A DNA stretch of 64,000 nucleotides, taken from the human T2T-CHM13v2.0 reference genome, Homo sapiens. Positions 16,015 to 30,751 of this stretch are shown here, piece by piece. Below the pieces are notes generated by a model. It was not told where the DNA came from. It worked only from the letters and a program-made list of their open reading frames with translations, and made no database searches. A program made the translations under genes and the position numbers. Position 1 is the stretch's first letter. Each line of letters begins with the position of its first letter. The stretch lies in assembly GCF_009914755.1 (NCBI RefSeq), contig NC_060931.1; one strand, given 5' to 3'.

Positions 16015-17498
16015 TTTTCCTACACACGCACACAAGTGCATACTATAACATAGCATTCTCCTGCTTCACTTCTGGCTTTAGTGGATGATGTGGGAACGCA
16101 TGACTGGCTTGGTGAAATTGGGTACTTAGCAATGCTAAGACCAGATGCCCACTAAACACAATGCCAAAGAAAAATGTTGGCACCTTGTTCTTTTGGAGAG
16201 GTGACTGAATCTGATGATTCCCTGACAAGCTGGTTTGAGTCTGGGCGAAGTCACAGTCCATAAGCACTCTGAACCTAGCATACCAGGCAGAAGCTATTAA
16301 ATATGAATAGTTAGAATTTGCAGCTTAGCCATTTCTGTGCCATAAAGCACACAGAATCTCCCTTTTAGGTGAAATATGTAGCTGAGATCAGCCTCTCCAA
16401 GGAAATGGGAATGGAAGTTTTTATGGGGAGAAGAAAGGGGAATTTTTAAAGTCACAAGCACTGGAAATGTTTAGGGGGTGAGGAAGAAGGGATGACTGAG
16501 AGCCCTGGAGCAGATGTGGAAGGGGTGCCCAGGGAGTCAGACAAAAGGGAAGCCAAGGAAACTATACACTCAGAAGGGTGCTGGAGCATGACCCCAGGAA
16601 GGCAGGGGCAAAGGGTAGTATTGGCCAGAAGGGGCAGTTGGATCAGGTGAACCCGCTATTATCCCTCCCTAGCATCCAGCTTTGTAGGATGGGGCTTTTT
16701 GGCAAGGACACACATCAAAGCTATGTGATGAGCAGTGGGAGGGCTGTTGGTACTGAAGGTGTTCTAATGGAAGAATTTGACAACCTAGGACAAATGGGGG
16801 TTGCTGCATGGATCCAAGTGCAAGAAAGGGGATGTTTGCTGCACCCACATGGGAGGTAAAGGGATAATGGAGACTCAGGGCAAGGGGATTCTTGGACACT
16901 CATGGAAAGTGGGCTTTTCTGGGCTGAAAGGTTCAGTCAAGAAAAGTGTACGGCCTCCTCTGGACCTGACTGTATACATATCTCACCACTAGGAGGGTAG
17001 GCCTATTTTGTGATGGACTGGACCTGCCGAGGTTTCCAGGAATTCAGAGTCCTAAGGGCAAGCTTATGATGTCTTTTGGTTTATTTAGTCAGTTGGTTGG
17101 TTGGCTTTTGTGGTTGTTTTGGTTAAAAAAAAAAAAAGACTTTTTTTGCAACATGTTGAGAAGCAGAAAGGAAGCAGTTAGGAAAGAGCAGTTGAAGAAG
17201 CTGTGGAAGAAGCAAATATGTGGGAGGAAGGTTACTCAGGAAACAGGAAAGTATAGGATTGAGGATGGAGGATGAAGGGAAGACAATGTGCTGATGGATG
17301 TGATACACATTGTCAGGGTGGTCTCTTGCTCCATGTACAACCATTAGGTGCCTAGTAGTCGCTGGGTCAGTGTTTGCCTCTCATCTTAAGCTCGATAAAG
17401 TAGGTGCTTAGAAACCAGCTTGTGCTGGGGGCTTGTAGAAAAGTAAGATATTTACTGTAACTTTTGGGGTTGGGATTTGACTTTCAACAATCAATCAG

Positions 17499-17835
17499 GG
17501 CTGGGGTGCAGTGGCTCACGCCTGTAATCCCAGCACTTTGGGAGGCTGAGGTGGGCAGATTACCTGAGGTCAGGAGTTCGAGACCAGCCTGGCCAACATG
17601 GTGAAACCCCGTCTCTACTAAAAATACAAAAAGTAGCCAGGCATGGTGGCACATGCCTGTAATCCCAGCTGCTCAGATGCTGAGGCAGGAGAATCGCTTG
17701 AAAGCAACTGGGAGGCAGAGGTTGCAAGTGAGCTGAGATTGCGCCATTGCACTCCAGCCTGGGCAACAAGAACGAAACTCCATCTCCAAAAAAAAGAAAG
17801 AAAGAAAAAGAAAAACAACAACAACAACAAAAAAC
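17499..17835 (+). mobile_element. AluSq/Sp-like with AAAG/AAC tail
   Basis: gggcaacaagaacgaaactcc; TSD aacaat(c/g)aatcag. Confidence 0.93.
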
Positions 17836-20039
17836 AATGAATCAGAAGGTAGATCAGTGAGAGTCTAGTGGAAATGGACCAGCAGGAATTTGTAGTGGGA
17901 CTTGAATGTCGGCAGAGTTATCTAATCCATATTAAAGAATTAAGATAAATGGAAGCCAAACCAAACCCAGAAATGCTTTATAAAAATAGTAAGATCTAGG
18001 AAAAAGGGTAAAGCTCACAGACAGACACTTTCAGGATCCTCTCGGCTGTGGTGTTTCCTCATTGTTGTTAATAAGAAGACAGTTTCTGAATTCCCATAAG
18101 AGTAGAGAAGAAAAGCCAGATTTGTGGTTGAGTGGAACCACAGTTTACCAGGACAATACAGGGGCCTATTTCTAGCAACAGAGGCTGATGCATATTAATT
18201 CATTCAGCAGGCTCCATTGTTTATAATTCTTGCTTACATTGCTGTCATGCATTGGAGTTAAAATTTACACCCTTTTTTGGATACAAGAAGTTATTTTTAT
18301 TTATCCTTCTTTGTTAGCTGTTTCACTTCACAATAATTAATCAAATCACCAAAGCAGCATCAAATTGGGGAGTGAGGATATATTTGCACTATTTGGCTTT
18401 TCTAACAGGGTATCTCACAGGGTGAGGGCTCTGCTATAATACAGGTCCTCTTATTTTATAACAGGTTGCAATTTCCTTGTAAGGTTTGATGTAGTTCATT
18501 TTGATAATTTTGCTAAATTAAGTAGTTCTACACATTATATAAATATATGTTAAGATATATTAACATTAAGCATTTTAATTAGGTTCTATATATAATAGAA
18601 ATACATATCAAACAAGAATTCATCTGAAATTCAGAATCTGAATACGTTTCTACCTAACTGAAACAAATTACTAGTGGAGAGGCTAGGAGTATCCCCAACC
18701 TCCCAGCTTTTTCCATGTCATGAAATTTTATAAACAGTGTTAAGGCCACACATAAAAAGAAAAGCCCATCTACTTTGGAATTCACCTCGGATTTTCTCCT
18801 ACTTCTAGTCTGTCCTGTTCCAAGTGTTTCGTCTCTTTGTGCTCAAGTATTAGTAACAGGGAGACTGGGCAGAAAAGCAACTTGACGTTTCCTGGAAATC
18901 TTAGTGGAAGCTTTAAAGAAGGAAAAGAGCTAAGAGAGACTGTGCCATCCTGCTGACAGCTGGGTTCGTTCTGCCTCATTGAACAGGGCTTTGTACCGGC
19001 ATTAGCTCTGTGACCACAGCTTTTTCTGCAGGACTGGGGATCCCAGTGACTGTGAAAGAGGAAGACCTAAAAGACTGTGTCACATCTCTCACCTGGGTGT
19101 CCTGGTTCAACAAGCACTGGGCTGGGATTGTCAAGGTACCAGGGCTTTTGCCACATAAGGCACTGTCCACTCCCAGCATGAGAGGTCTATCTGGAAACAT
19201 GGCTCTGAATGTAGAGGGGGCCACAATTTAAAACAATTAAAGCATTTGCAACATATCAATCCTCTGTACTACTTAAGTGGGTTTTTTTGTTTTTGTTTTT
19301 GTTTTTTGGTTTTGGGTTCTTTTCGTAAGGTAGCTGAAAACAACTCTGCTCTCCCACTTTCCTTCAAAAAGGTAGAGATTTATTGGAAAGATATTTGAGA
19401 AGCTCTCAGTATCTACAGAAAGGATGAACGAATAATCCTGGGGTCAGAACAGGGCCTTCTCCCAGGACGTCACATGATAAAGCACGTAGACTTGCTCTGT
19501 GGAGCCCTGACGTTGATGAGATTTGGCTCCAACCCCTCTTGCCTGCAAGAGTCTTAGATGATGCCTACATTCCAGGCTCAGCTGCAGTGAGGTGTCCACC
19601 TCTCCATTGGTCAGCGGTGGCCTGGGACACAGCACAGGCTGACCATGGCCCTCTCCTGTGTGTTAGAGCATTCCAGAAGAAGAGCACTCACTGCAGCTAT
19701 AAATCACCTCGTCATTGTCTTCTACAATGTTCTTCTGCTCTGCACTCCACTCTCGTTACAAGCTGTCCCCGGACCCCAGGGCTGCCCAGTTGCCAGTTAA
19801 GACCTGAGGTCAAGAACTGCGAGATACCAGCCTGGGGCACTCCTCCCTTCTTCTTCCTGACCTGGACTCTTATTGATTTGAAAGTACACTGAGTGCTGTA
19901 TGTCCTAGGTCTAAAATTGCTATAATTGTGCTCCCATCATTTTCATGGAAATGAAAGTTCTCACTGTCTCTGAGAGCTACACTTGACCATGGATTCCTTG
20001 TTGCCTCATCTTCTAAAATCAATATGAGGGTTTTATTAC

Positions 20040-20530
20040 TTTTCTCCTCTCCTTTAGTGGCTTCCTGCTGCCTTCAAAATATAATCCACATTTCTTCACA
20101 GGGATAGAAGGCCTTTATTATCTGAGCCTTTCCTGTGTATGACGTCTTGCCTTGCCAGAGCCCTACACAACCCTGAACTTCTCATCATTGTTTCCTGAGC
20201 TTGATTTTATGATCCTCTGCCTTTGCATGCATTATTTCTTATGCCTGATATTTTCCCTTCCCCTTCATCATTCCACCCAGATGAACACAAACACATCTTG
20301 CTAGATTCAATAAAAAGTCATCTCTTGTGCAAAACATCTCTGACCTCCCCTTGGTCCTTGCCAACAATTTATTATTTACTTCTTTATGCAGTCGCTGAAT
20401 ATTTCTTATTAAAATCCATCTCCCCTTTGAGACTATGAGCTCCCCAAGGGCAGGAGTTGTGTCTTCATCATCTCTGACTGTAATGCCTAGAACATAATCT
20501 CCTGTAGGGGTTCATTCATCCATGTTGCTG
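20040..20530 (+). mobile_element. L2 fragment
   Basis: cctttagtggcttcctgctgcc...gactatgagctccccaagggcagg...aatgcctagaaca. Confidence 0.6.
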
Positions 20531-20917
20531 GGTAGGCATTGATGATGAAGGCTACACAAAACAGCTTGTGTCTATTTACAGCAGACAGTAAGTAGGGTCT
20601 GGTCTTTCCTGGAGCACTTTATCTCTGCAACCCCATAGCATTAAGTAGTCTGTAGGTGAGAGGCTCCCAGATGGCAAATGCTAACACACTGGTTTTGTTA
20701 CATCTTGCAGCATAAATGTACATAACTAGCATGAATCTCTGTCCACAGATTCACATGTACAAGAATATCACATGCTGTATTTTCTTAAAATTGATTTAAT
20801 TTCTGAATCTGATCCTTAGTCCTGCCAGCTGGGTAATTAAACCTCCTCCTTTTGTTCTTCTGAAGCCATTTATTAAGCACCTGCTATGTGCAACACATGT
20901 GGAAGATACACTATCTG

Positions 20918-22203
<1,286 letters not shown>

Positions 22204-22326
22204 GTATCTATCCATATAGAGAGATATTATTGCACATTTCTTTTTATAACATAACATTCCATGGGATTTGAGGCAACACAAAACTGAAACAGAGAAAGAT
22301 ATCTCACACACACACATACACACATG

Positions 22327-22421
22327 CACACACCCTTGGCTTACAATGGTTTGACTTGTGATTCGTCAGCTTTATGGTGGGTTTACTGGATGTAACTCCA
22401 TCATAAGTTGAGGACCATCTG
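22327..22421 (-). mobile_element. Short MER47-like (Tigger-family) MITE
   Basis: Minus strand CAGATGGTCCTCAACTTATGATGGAGTTACATCC...AAACCATTGTAAG. Confidence 0.65.
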
Positions 22422-22696
22422 TGTATCCACACACATACGCATTTACATGTATTTTTTAACTGCAGAAAAATGTTCCTTCTATCATTTGTGATAACGCATA
22501 ATTTAGTGTGAAATTTTGTTTTAAGAAAATTCTGAGAGAGCAAAGCTATAGACTTTTAACTGTTTTTTAAATGAAATTTTGATTAAAGACATCATTTTTG
22601 CTTTCCATGCTTAACAAGAGCTGGTCCTGTTTTATTACTTACTTGGTCTAATGACTGCTGGTTCACTCTGACCCAAAGAATCCCAAAATATGCTAG

Positions 22697-23001
22697 TTTT
22701 TTTTTTTGTTTTTTTTTTTTGAGACAGAATCTTACTCTGTTACCCGGGCTGGAGTGCAGCGGCACCATCTCGGTTCACCGCAACCTCCACTTGCTGGATT
22801 CAAGCAATTGTCCTGCCTTAGCTCCCGAGTAGCTGGTATTACAGGTGCGTGCTACAACGCCCGACTAAATTTTGTATTTTTAGTAGAGACGGGGTTTCAC
22901 CATGTTGGCCAGGCTGGTCTTGAACTCCCGACCTCAGGTGATCCACCGGCCTTGGCCTCCCAAAGTGCTGAAATTACAGGTGTGAGGCACCAAGCCCAGC
23001 C
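22697..23001 (-). mobile_element. AluS
   Basis: Reverse Alu; TSD aaaatatgcta(g/c)tttt. Confidence 0.95.
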
Positions 23002-23049
23002 AAAAATATGCTACTTTTAATGCAGCTTTTTAACTTTCTCACTGTTGTA

Positions 23050-23308
23050 TTGATTGGCTGATTGATTGATGGAGTCTCTCTCGCCCATGCTGGAGTGCAG
23101 TGGTGGGATTTTGGCTCACTGCAACCTCCACTTCCCAGGTTGAAGCAATTCTCCTTCCTCAGCCTCCACTGGGAGTAGCTAGGATTACAGGTGCCCAGCA
23201 CCACACCCGGCTAATTTTTATTATTAGTAGAGAAAGGATTTCACCATGTTGACCAGGCTGTTCTCAAACTCCTGACCTCAAGTGATCCACCCACCTCAGC
23301 CTCCCAAA
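23050..23308 (-). mobile_element. AluS, 5'-truncated, with (ATTG)n-type tail
   Basis: Reverse Alu ending at cctcccaaa. Confidence 0.9.
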
Positions 23309-23713
23309 TCTCTCTGTTGTATTTAGATAGATTTTAGAACCCATTAAATTAAGAAACTTAAGAAACGGTTGACCTGACTTTGTTTTTCCTGTGAGATTCA
23401 CTTGGGCTTAAGGATGCTTTTTGGCTGCTTCTTAAGAAACAGTATTATTAGACTGTGGTGCATTGTGGCAAATTTAAGTTGTCCTTATGCCAGTAGTTTT
23501 AAAATTATTGATCACATTGTCCCTTATTTCTTATCATCTCTCTAAAGTTCAGAACAGTGGTGGTTGCTACAAGGAAGAAGAGAAAGTTGAGCTCTATCTA
23601 TGTAAATCTTATTTTAATCAAAGCAGGACTGTTACATGAACTAAAAAATAAGAACAATATAGGATATTAGGAGAATTAAGATAGGCTTTTTTGGGTTAGA
23701 GCTGCTAAATTTT

Positions 23714-23896
23714 CAAGGGGCATTTGGCAATGTCTGGAGATATTTTTGGTTGTCACCCCCAATAAGGGTGTGACATGCTACTGGCATTTGTGGGTAGAGG
23801 CCAGGGATGCTGGTAAACCCACAAAGCATGGGACGGTCTCTACAACAGAGGGTTATCTGGCCTCAAATGTCAATAGTCTGAGGTTGAGAAACCCTG
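23714..23896 (+). mobile_element. MER20 (hAT-Charlie) fragment
   Basis: catttggcaatgtctggagatatttttggttgtcac...gggtagaggccagggatgctg...aaatgtcaatagtctgaggttgagaaaccctg. Confidence 0.88.
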
Positions 23897-24527
23897 GTTT
23901 AACAGTACAAAACCTCTCCCTATGATTAAAAGTCTCATGCATTATCATTATTTTATTTTCAAAGTCCACTCTAGGAGACCACCAGGAGGGAAGAGATTGT
24001 TACTTTGGCACACTGGAACCTCATCTGCCCAACTCCTTCAAAGTCTGGGAGACCTATGAGTATGGAGAGAAAACGACTTTCTGTGAAGTCACGTTTTACA
24101 AAATTTGAATTTGTTGCCAACCATCTATTTGGCCACATCAGGTAAAATTGCTTGCTATTTTTCATTTGAAATGTTGCTGATCCTTTAGTGGACTAAAGCT
24201 GCCTGGGTATTTTAAAGGACATTTGGGAAGATAATTTTCTAAATGATGAAGTCAAAAGGTGGCAGCCATATCTTTTCAGGAGTGCCCCTGGATTTCATCT
24301 GGAAAAGGTAGAAATTTAGATTTGGCTGCTGATTTACTCAAGGCTCTGCTAAGGAAAGATAGCATTTTGCAATTGTTTTGTGCTGGGAATGAAAGCAAAT
24401 AAAGAGACCAGGAATGGAAGTGGGATGCCCACTTTATCCTGTGGAAGGAGAACTTCAAATTCCTCATTTTGTCTTTTTTCTTACAAAAGTTTTTTTAGAT
24501 TAAACTGTGTGGAAAATCTTGGGCAAT

Positions 24528-24944
24528 TGTTATAGGCTGAATTTTGTCCCCTCAAAATTCATATGTAGTAATCTTAAACCCCAAGAGAATGTGACCTTAT
24601 TTGGAACTCAGTTTATTGCAAATGTAATTAGTTAAGTTGTTGGATGAGCCATACTGGGGTAGGGTGGCCCCTAATCGAATCTGACTGGTGTCCTTCTAAA
24701 AAGGCACAATTTAGACACAGACACTCATACAGTGAGGACATATGTGAGCATGAAGATGGCCACCTACAGGCCAAGGAAAAGGGCCTGGGACAGATCCTTC
24801 CCTCAGAGCTCTCAGAAGGAATCAACCCTGCCAACCCCTTGAACTCGGACTTCTAGCCTGCGGAACTGTGAGAAAATAGATTCCTGTTTTTTAAGGCACT
24901 CAGGGTGTAGTGCTTTGTGACAGCAGCCCTAGCAAACTCACACA
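24528..24944 (+). mobile_element. MLT1B-like MaLR solo LTR
   Basis: TG...CA termini; ctgaattttgtcccctcaaaattcatatgt; gactggtgtccttctaaaa; cagcagccctagcaaact. Confidence 0.88.
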
Positions 24945-25016
24945 GGCGCCCATGTCTCTTGGTCCAGTCCTTGGTGAATGTTCTTTGGATTCTCATAACG
25001 TCTGGGTTAACTGGAG

Positions 25017-25668
<652 letters not shown>

Positions 25669-25882
25669 GCTAGGCATGACCCATTTGAGATTCATATTTC
25701 ATCATTGGGCTACTGACTTGAGGAAATCAGAAATGTGGAACAACAGAGCATATCCCAGTGTTAAACTTCTGGGAGAAAATATTTGAAATGATGACCCTTT
25801 TCCCAAGTTTGTATGTTTGTTTAAAACAGTTCAGCATGATCAACAGCTCCTTCCTCATTAGAAGCTGGGAAACCATCAGAAG

Positions 25883-26035
25883 AAGCTCTAGCCTCCAGGG
25901 CTGAGGCATTCTATACCATGTGCCCACTGGGCACCCATTCTACAAGGAAGAAGAGAAAGTTGGACCCTCCTCCCCTTCCTCCGTGCCTTGGACCCTCCTC
26001 CCCTTCAGGGAGTGCCGACCTACCAGGAAAACGCC
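25883..26035 (+). repeat. Copy 1 of an unrecognised ~140-bp direct duplicate
   Basis: Aligns to 27811-27944: agcctccagggctgagg, gtgcccactgggcac and gccttggaccctcctccccttcagggagtgc are identical. Confidence 0.9.
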
Positions 26036-26362
26036 ATTTAACAAGGCTTACATAAACTATAGCCCCTCTGAAGACAGTTTCCAGGCTTCTTTTTCCTTCT
26101 TGCCTTGGGGAAACTGGCTGCAGCCTCTCATCCCCACAACATACCTGTCTGTCTTCCCCTGGGTCTTCTCTTCAGATAGTCTTCTGGTTTTTCCTTTGGC
26201 CCCTACCTCTGATTAACATCTTTGGTTCTGCTCTTTGATTTACCTCCTGCTGTGGCTGGCCTCCATAACCCTAGTCCCTTCTCAGCTCAGCCCCAGAGAG
26301 CCCAGCCCACAGCAGAGGCCTGGGTTTCTAACCCTAAAAGTCAGGGAAGGAAAGAAAAATCT

Positions 26363-26960
26363 ATTCATTCATCCATCCATCCATTCACCCATCCATCTGC
26401 TCATCCATTCACTCATCTGTCCATCTGTCCACCTACCCATGTACCAATTCATCCTCTCATTCACTCATCCTTCCATCCATCTACACATCCATCTACCCAT
26501 GCCTTCAACACATATGTCTACTATGTTAGATGCTTGGGAATTAAATAATGGGCATGACAGCGCCAGTCCCTTTCCCCTCCGCAAACCCAAAGCCTATCGT
26601 AAGGATGGCTATTGAACATTATATATGGGATGAGAATTACAAAGGAGGAGAGTAGGCTGATATGGGAGTTTGTAAAAGAGAATCTAAATTCTCTCTGAAA
26701 GGGTGATGGAGGCTATCAAAGGAGGGGAGTTTTAAGCTGAGACAGAAAGAACAACTGGAAGTTGCTCATCAGCTGGTGTGACAAGAATAAAGGGATAACA
26801 GGAAAGAAAAGGCATAGCATCAGGAAAGAACTTGGTGTTTTCTGAAAAACTGAAAAACAGATATGATTCAGCAGAGAGTAGGGGTGGGGAGTAGTCAGAG
26901 GAGGTGCTGGTGATGCTGGCAGAAGCCAGGTGGGGTACACCTAGCAGCTGGAGCTTCATC
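26363..26960 (-). mobile_element. L2 fragment with degenerate (TCCA)n tail
   Basis: TCCA/TTCA repeats at 26363-26500, then tctactatgttagatgc and purine-rich L2-antisense sequence. Confidence 0.6.
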
Positions 26961-27389
26961 CCAAATATCTATGAACGCGACTCTAGTTCCTTGACTCTTG
27001 AAATTCTTTTTTCTTTTTCTTTTTCTTTTTTTGTTCCTTTTTAGTGCTTTCTAAGGCAATTCCCTGGCTCCCAACTCCTGAAATTCTTAAGGGTTTTATT
27101 TTCCTTTGCTAGGTTCAATTTGAGGATATTGGATCTATTGAATATATACTTGAGGATGTATTCTGAGCACCCATGCCATGCTGTGCTCAGCACTGCCCAA
27201 CAGTGCAACTGGGGGAAGTGGTAGAAAAGAGAAAAAAGGCCTAGGGTCTACTTTTGAAGAGCTTACGGTTGTATGGAGACAACAGTGTCTAGTGTAGGAT
27301 GATGGAACAAAGTCGTGCTGCAGATAGGATGCATGACAGGGGGGTGGAAAAAAATTCAATAAATACTCATCTACCCAGCCAGCCAGCTG

Positions 27390-27630
27390 TATAATAAAAT
27401 CAATTTTATTTTATAAATATAGTTTATTATATAAATATAAATATATAATTTAAGTATAATATATATTAATTATAAATGAAATATATATTCTAAATATAAA
27501 TGAAATATATATTATAAATATAAATTAAATATATAATATACAAATGATAAATATATTATATTATAAATATAAATGAATATATAATAAATATATATGAACT
27601 ATATATTATATATAATAAATATAAATGAAA
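27390..27630. repeat. AT-rich low-complexity tract
   Basis: About 240 bp almost entirely A/T with repeated TATAAA/ATATAT. Confidence 0.95.
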
Positions 27631-27810
27631 AACACTTAGCTATAAAAAACATTCCCAAATGGAATCTGAGTATTTTGCTGAATCTGGGGCTTCGATTTGG
27701 GGAGGAGCATCGGTTCTTCTATGAGTGCTCAACAGAGTGTCCTTGGGTCCTTTTGCTCATGGTCCATACAATACTTTGCCCCAAATCATATAGGCCCAAA
27801 GAGGCAACCC

Positions 27811-27944
27811 AAGCTTCAGCCTCCAGGGCTGAGGTGTCCTATGCCGTGTGCCCACTGGGCACTCATCCCACCCCCAGCTGCTTCCTCTTGGCCTTGGACC
27901 CTCCTCCCCTTCAGGGAGTGCTGATCTGCCAGGATAGAAACACC
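27811..27944 (+). repeat. Copy 2 of the ~140-bp direct duplicate
   Basis: Matches 25883-26035 but lacks the templated insertion. Confidence 0.9.
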
Positions 27945-28099
27945 TGGCCCACCAAAGCCCACCAGCTCACCATTGCTCCATTTCAGTTGGCCTTTTTACT
28001 TGGAAATCCCTTACCTCTTGAATGGTCAGTTTTACCAGGACAAAAAATAGATAACAGCTTCTGTAGAAAACTAAACAATGGTGGCGAATGAGGGTTTAG

Positions 28100-29950
28100 C
28101 ATCGGGGACCTTCAGTCCAAGATGAAGGAAGCATTAGGACTAAATTACAGTGGAGGTCTAAACTTTGCTTTCATATATTCTTCTCCTGTCGGGGCCCTAT
28201 ACAGTAGAGGCATTATTTTGTTTTTCCTTCCATAAAATTTTAGCGTGCAAATTTAGACGGCCCTACAGGGGCACGACTACAGCATTGAAGGGGTTTAACG
28301 TCGCACAATCTGTCTAAGCAGTGAGAACTGTGAGGCCGATTATTTAACTACATTTCCTCTAAGGCTTTTTTCTTAGTGGGATGACTCAGTCCCACATAAA
28401 TCCACAGTAGGGGGACCTAACTTGGGACAATTATGTTGAATCATGTGCCTTCCCCAAACAATTTACTCTGTGGAGAAGTCCCCAACTTGTGCCTGCCATT
28501 CTTTCACAGAAGCCTTATTTTATTTTGTTTGCCTCAGTGGGAGGGGAAATGGATGTTATCACTGTTGTGCCCAGAAAGAGCAATATAGGCTAGATCCATG
28601 CACTTTATAAACATCACTTGAAGCGGGGGAGGGGATGCTTTTTTCTTTTTAGAAGACTGCTTGGAGTGTGTGTATTGATACTTAGTTGTTACAAAGTAAA
28701 AGTAAACTGGGAAGAAGTAACTCAAGGAGAATTAAGTGAGGGTGAGGCTTCTGTTGGGAGTGGGTGTAGAGCGACAGGACGGAGGGGAGGCGGGTAAAGG
28801 CTGCTGTCAAGATTAAGCCTTCGATGTACAACACAGGTAGTACCAATCACTGAATACCTCGTACCAGGGATTAATTGATGTACATGCAACACTCATTTAA
28901 TTTGCCTAATTACAAGTTGTTCACACCCACACCATAGGGCTTTGTTACAAATGACTCCCCTGCTCAATCCACTGAGTGGAGGGGTGAAAGCCCACTCTGG
29001 AGTGGTTTGTGGGGGAAACTTGCATATGGCATTTCCCCCACCAAATTATTAATTGGCTCCTGGGGAGGCTGTGGTTTCTGAGGTTCTGCTTAATTGCTAT
29101 TCATGTCAAGGTTAAACATCTGCCCCTGGTAAGCAGAGGTACCTGCTAACCCATCTGCCTCACTGCTGTCAGCATCGTGTTTACGTTCACAGCTAGGGAG
29201 TTCATGTCAACACATCCCTTCCATGAAAACAACAGAGAATATTCCTTTGACACTGTTGATGCTGACTGCCAAAGGTCGTGTGGGTAGAATGTAAACAAGG
29301 AGAGGAGGAGGCTGGGGGTGCTCCACTCAGCATCAGGCTGTGGGGCGTTTCACTGGGAAGGAAACGCGGCTCCCAGCCATGGAATGAGATGGATCCCTTT
29401 CCTTCCCTCCTTGTCAAGGGTGCAACATTGCTGCCCAGGGTTAAAACATATATTCTCAACTCATCTACCAAGCAAGTCCTGAAATTTGCGAAGCGCTCTG
29501 GGTTTTTGGGAAATGAGATCATTTTTTTTTTCCCCAAGCAACAATCCTATCAGATTAAAAGATTCCGTTTTGGGATATTAAACTAAGGTTTGTTTTATTA
29601 CTTTTTACAGCTAATTTCTTGGCCAGTTTTCATTTTAAGTGTACCAACATCATTTTTTTAAAGACCAAGCTTGTAAGGCAAGAATAATTTCTGTTAAACA
29701 GACCGTGGTCATGGCCGCCAGCGCTGTAGGGATCTGGATGTCAATGATTTCCACGTGACCTTCAGGTTCATTTCAGATAACCCTAGGTCCTTCAGTACCT
29801 CCTATGCAACTTACCTGAATGGGACACTTAAGCCAGTTAGGTTAATGAGCAGCCCCACATCTTCGCCTCTTCTATTTTTCTCCAAGGCTAATCAATACAC
29901 ATTGCACATGCTGAGCTATCTTTGCAATTCAAAAACCACATTCCATTTAG
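28100..29950. promoter_or_regulatory. Candidate enhancer block
   Basis: No recognised repeat; more CpGs than flanks; AP-1 TGACTCA at 28382; GGTCACGTGG E-box (minus strand) at 29751-29760. Inference only. Confidence 0.3.
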
Positions 29951-30049
29951 CTTACTAGGGAGAGACTGATTTCAACAGCAAGAAGAGATGGAAAGAAAAA
30001 ACTTAACCTAAAAATATACTTTCAAAATAAATCAAGAAATGATTTAGAA

Positions 30050-30657
30050 CAGGGGCTGCTGATGTGCAGCACACAGACCAAATCCAGTCTGCTGCCTGCT
30101 TTTGGAAATAATGTCTTATTGGAATATTGACACGCTCATTCACTCACCGACTATCTGCTATGGACTGAATTGTGTCCCTCAAAATGCATATGTTGAAGCC
30201 TTAACTCCCAATGTGACTGTATTTGGAGATAGAACTTTCAGGAAGTATTAAGGTTATATGAGTTCCTGAGGGTGGGGTCTTAATTTGATAGGATTGGTGG
30301 CCTTATAGGAGAAGGAAGAGATAGGGGCCTCTCTATGTGTGCATTGAGGAAAGGCCATGAGAGCGCTAAGCAGGAAGGGGACAGTCTGCAAGCCAGGAAG
30401 AGGACCGTTACCAGAACCTGACCCTGCTGGCACTTTGATCTCGGAGTTACAACCTCCAGAACTGTCAGAAAATAAATTTCTGTTGTTTAAACCACCCAGT
30501 CTATGGTGTTTTGTTATGGCAGCTTGAGCCAACTAAGACATTGTCTGTGGCCTCTCTTGGGCTATGGCAGATTTGAGCAGTTGGATAGAAACTGTCATAC
30601 ACAAAACCAGAAATATTTACTACCTTGCCTTTTACAGCAAAAGTTTGTTGATGCCTG
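30050..30657 (+). mobile_element. MER58A (hAT-Charlie) split by an MLT1A LTR
   Basis: cagggg...ccaaatccagtctgctgcctgctttt; aaatatttactacc...ttttacagcaaaagtttgttgatgcctg; degenerate 8-bp TSD atttagaa/ataaagaa. Confidence 0.82.
30156..30540 (+). mobile_element. MLT1A-like MaLR solo LTR
   Basis: tgctatggactgaattgtgtccc...aaataaatttctgttgtttaa...aactaagaca. Confidence 0.9.
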
Positions 30658-30751
30658 ATAAAGAACTCCAGCCTCCAAAACCATATATAGAGAATAAGAC
30701 TCTTATTTAAAGAGGGGAGAAAAGCCCTCAAGACATATTAGAAGCAGGTAG

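Noticed and set aside
27594-28091. 165-aa ORF
   Set aside because: It starts in the AT low-complexity tract and crosses the duplicated element; no recognisable domain.
28401-28418. CTCF-like motifs here and near 15284
   Set aside because: Each mismatches core positions of CCASYAGRKGGC; not supportable from sequence alone.
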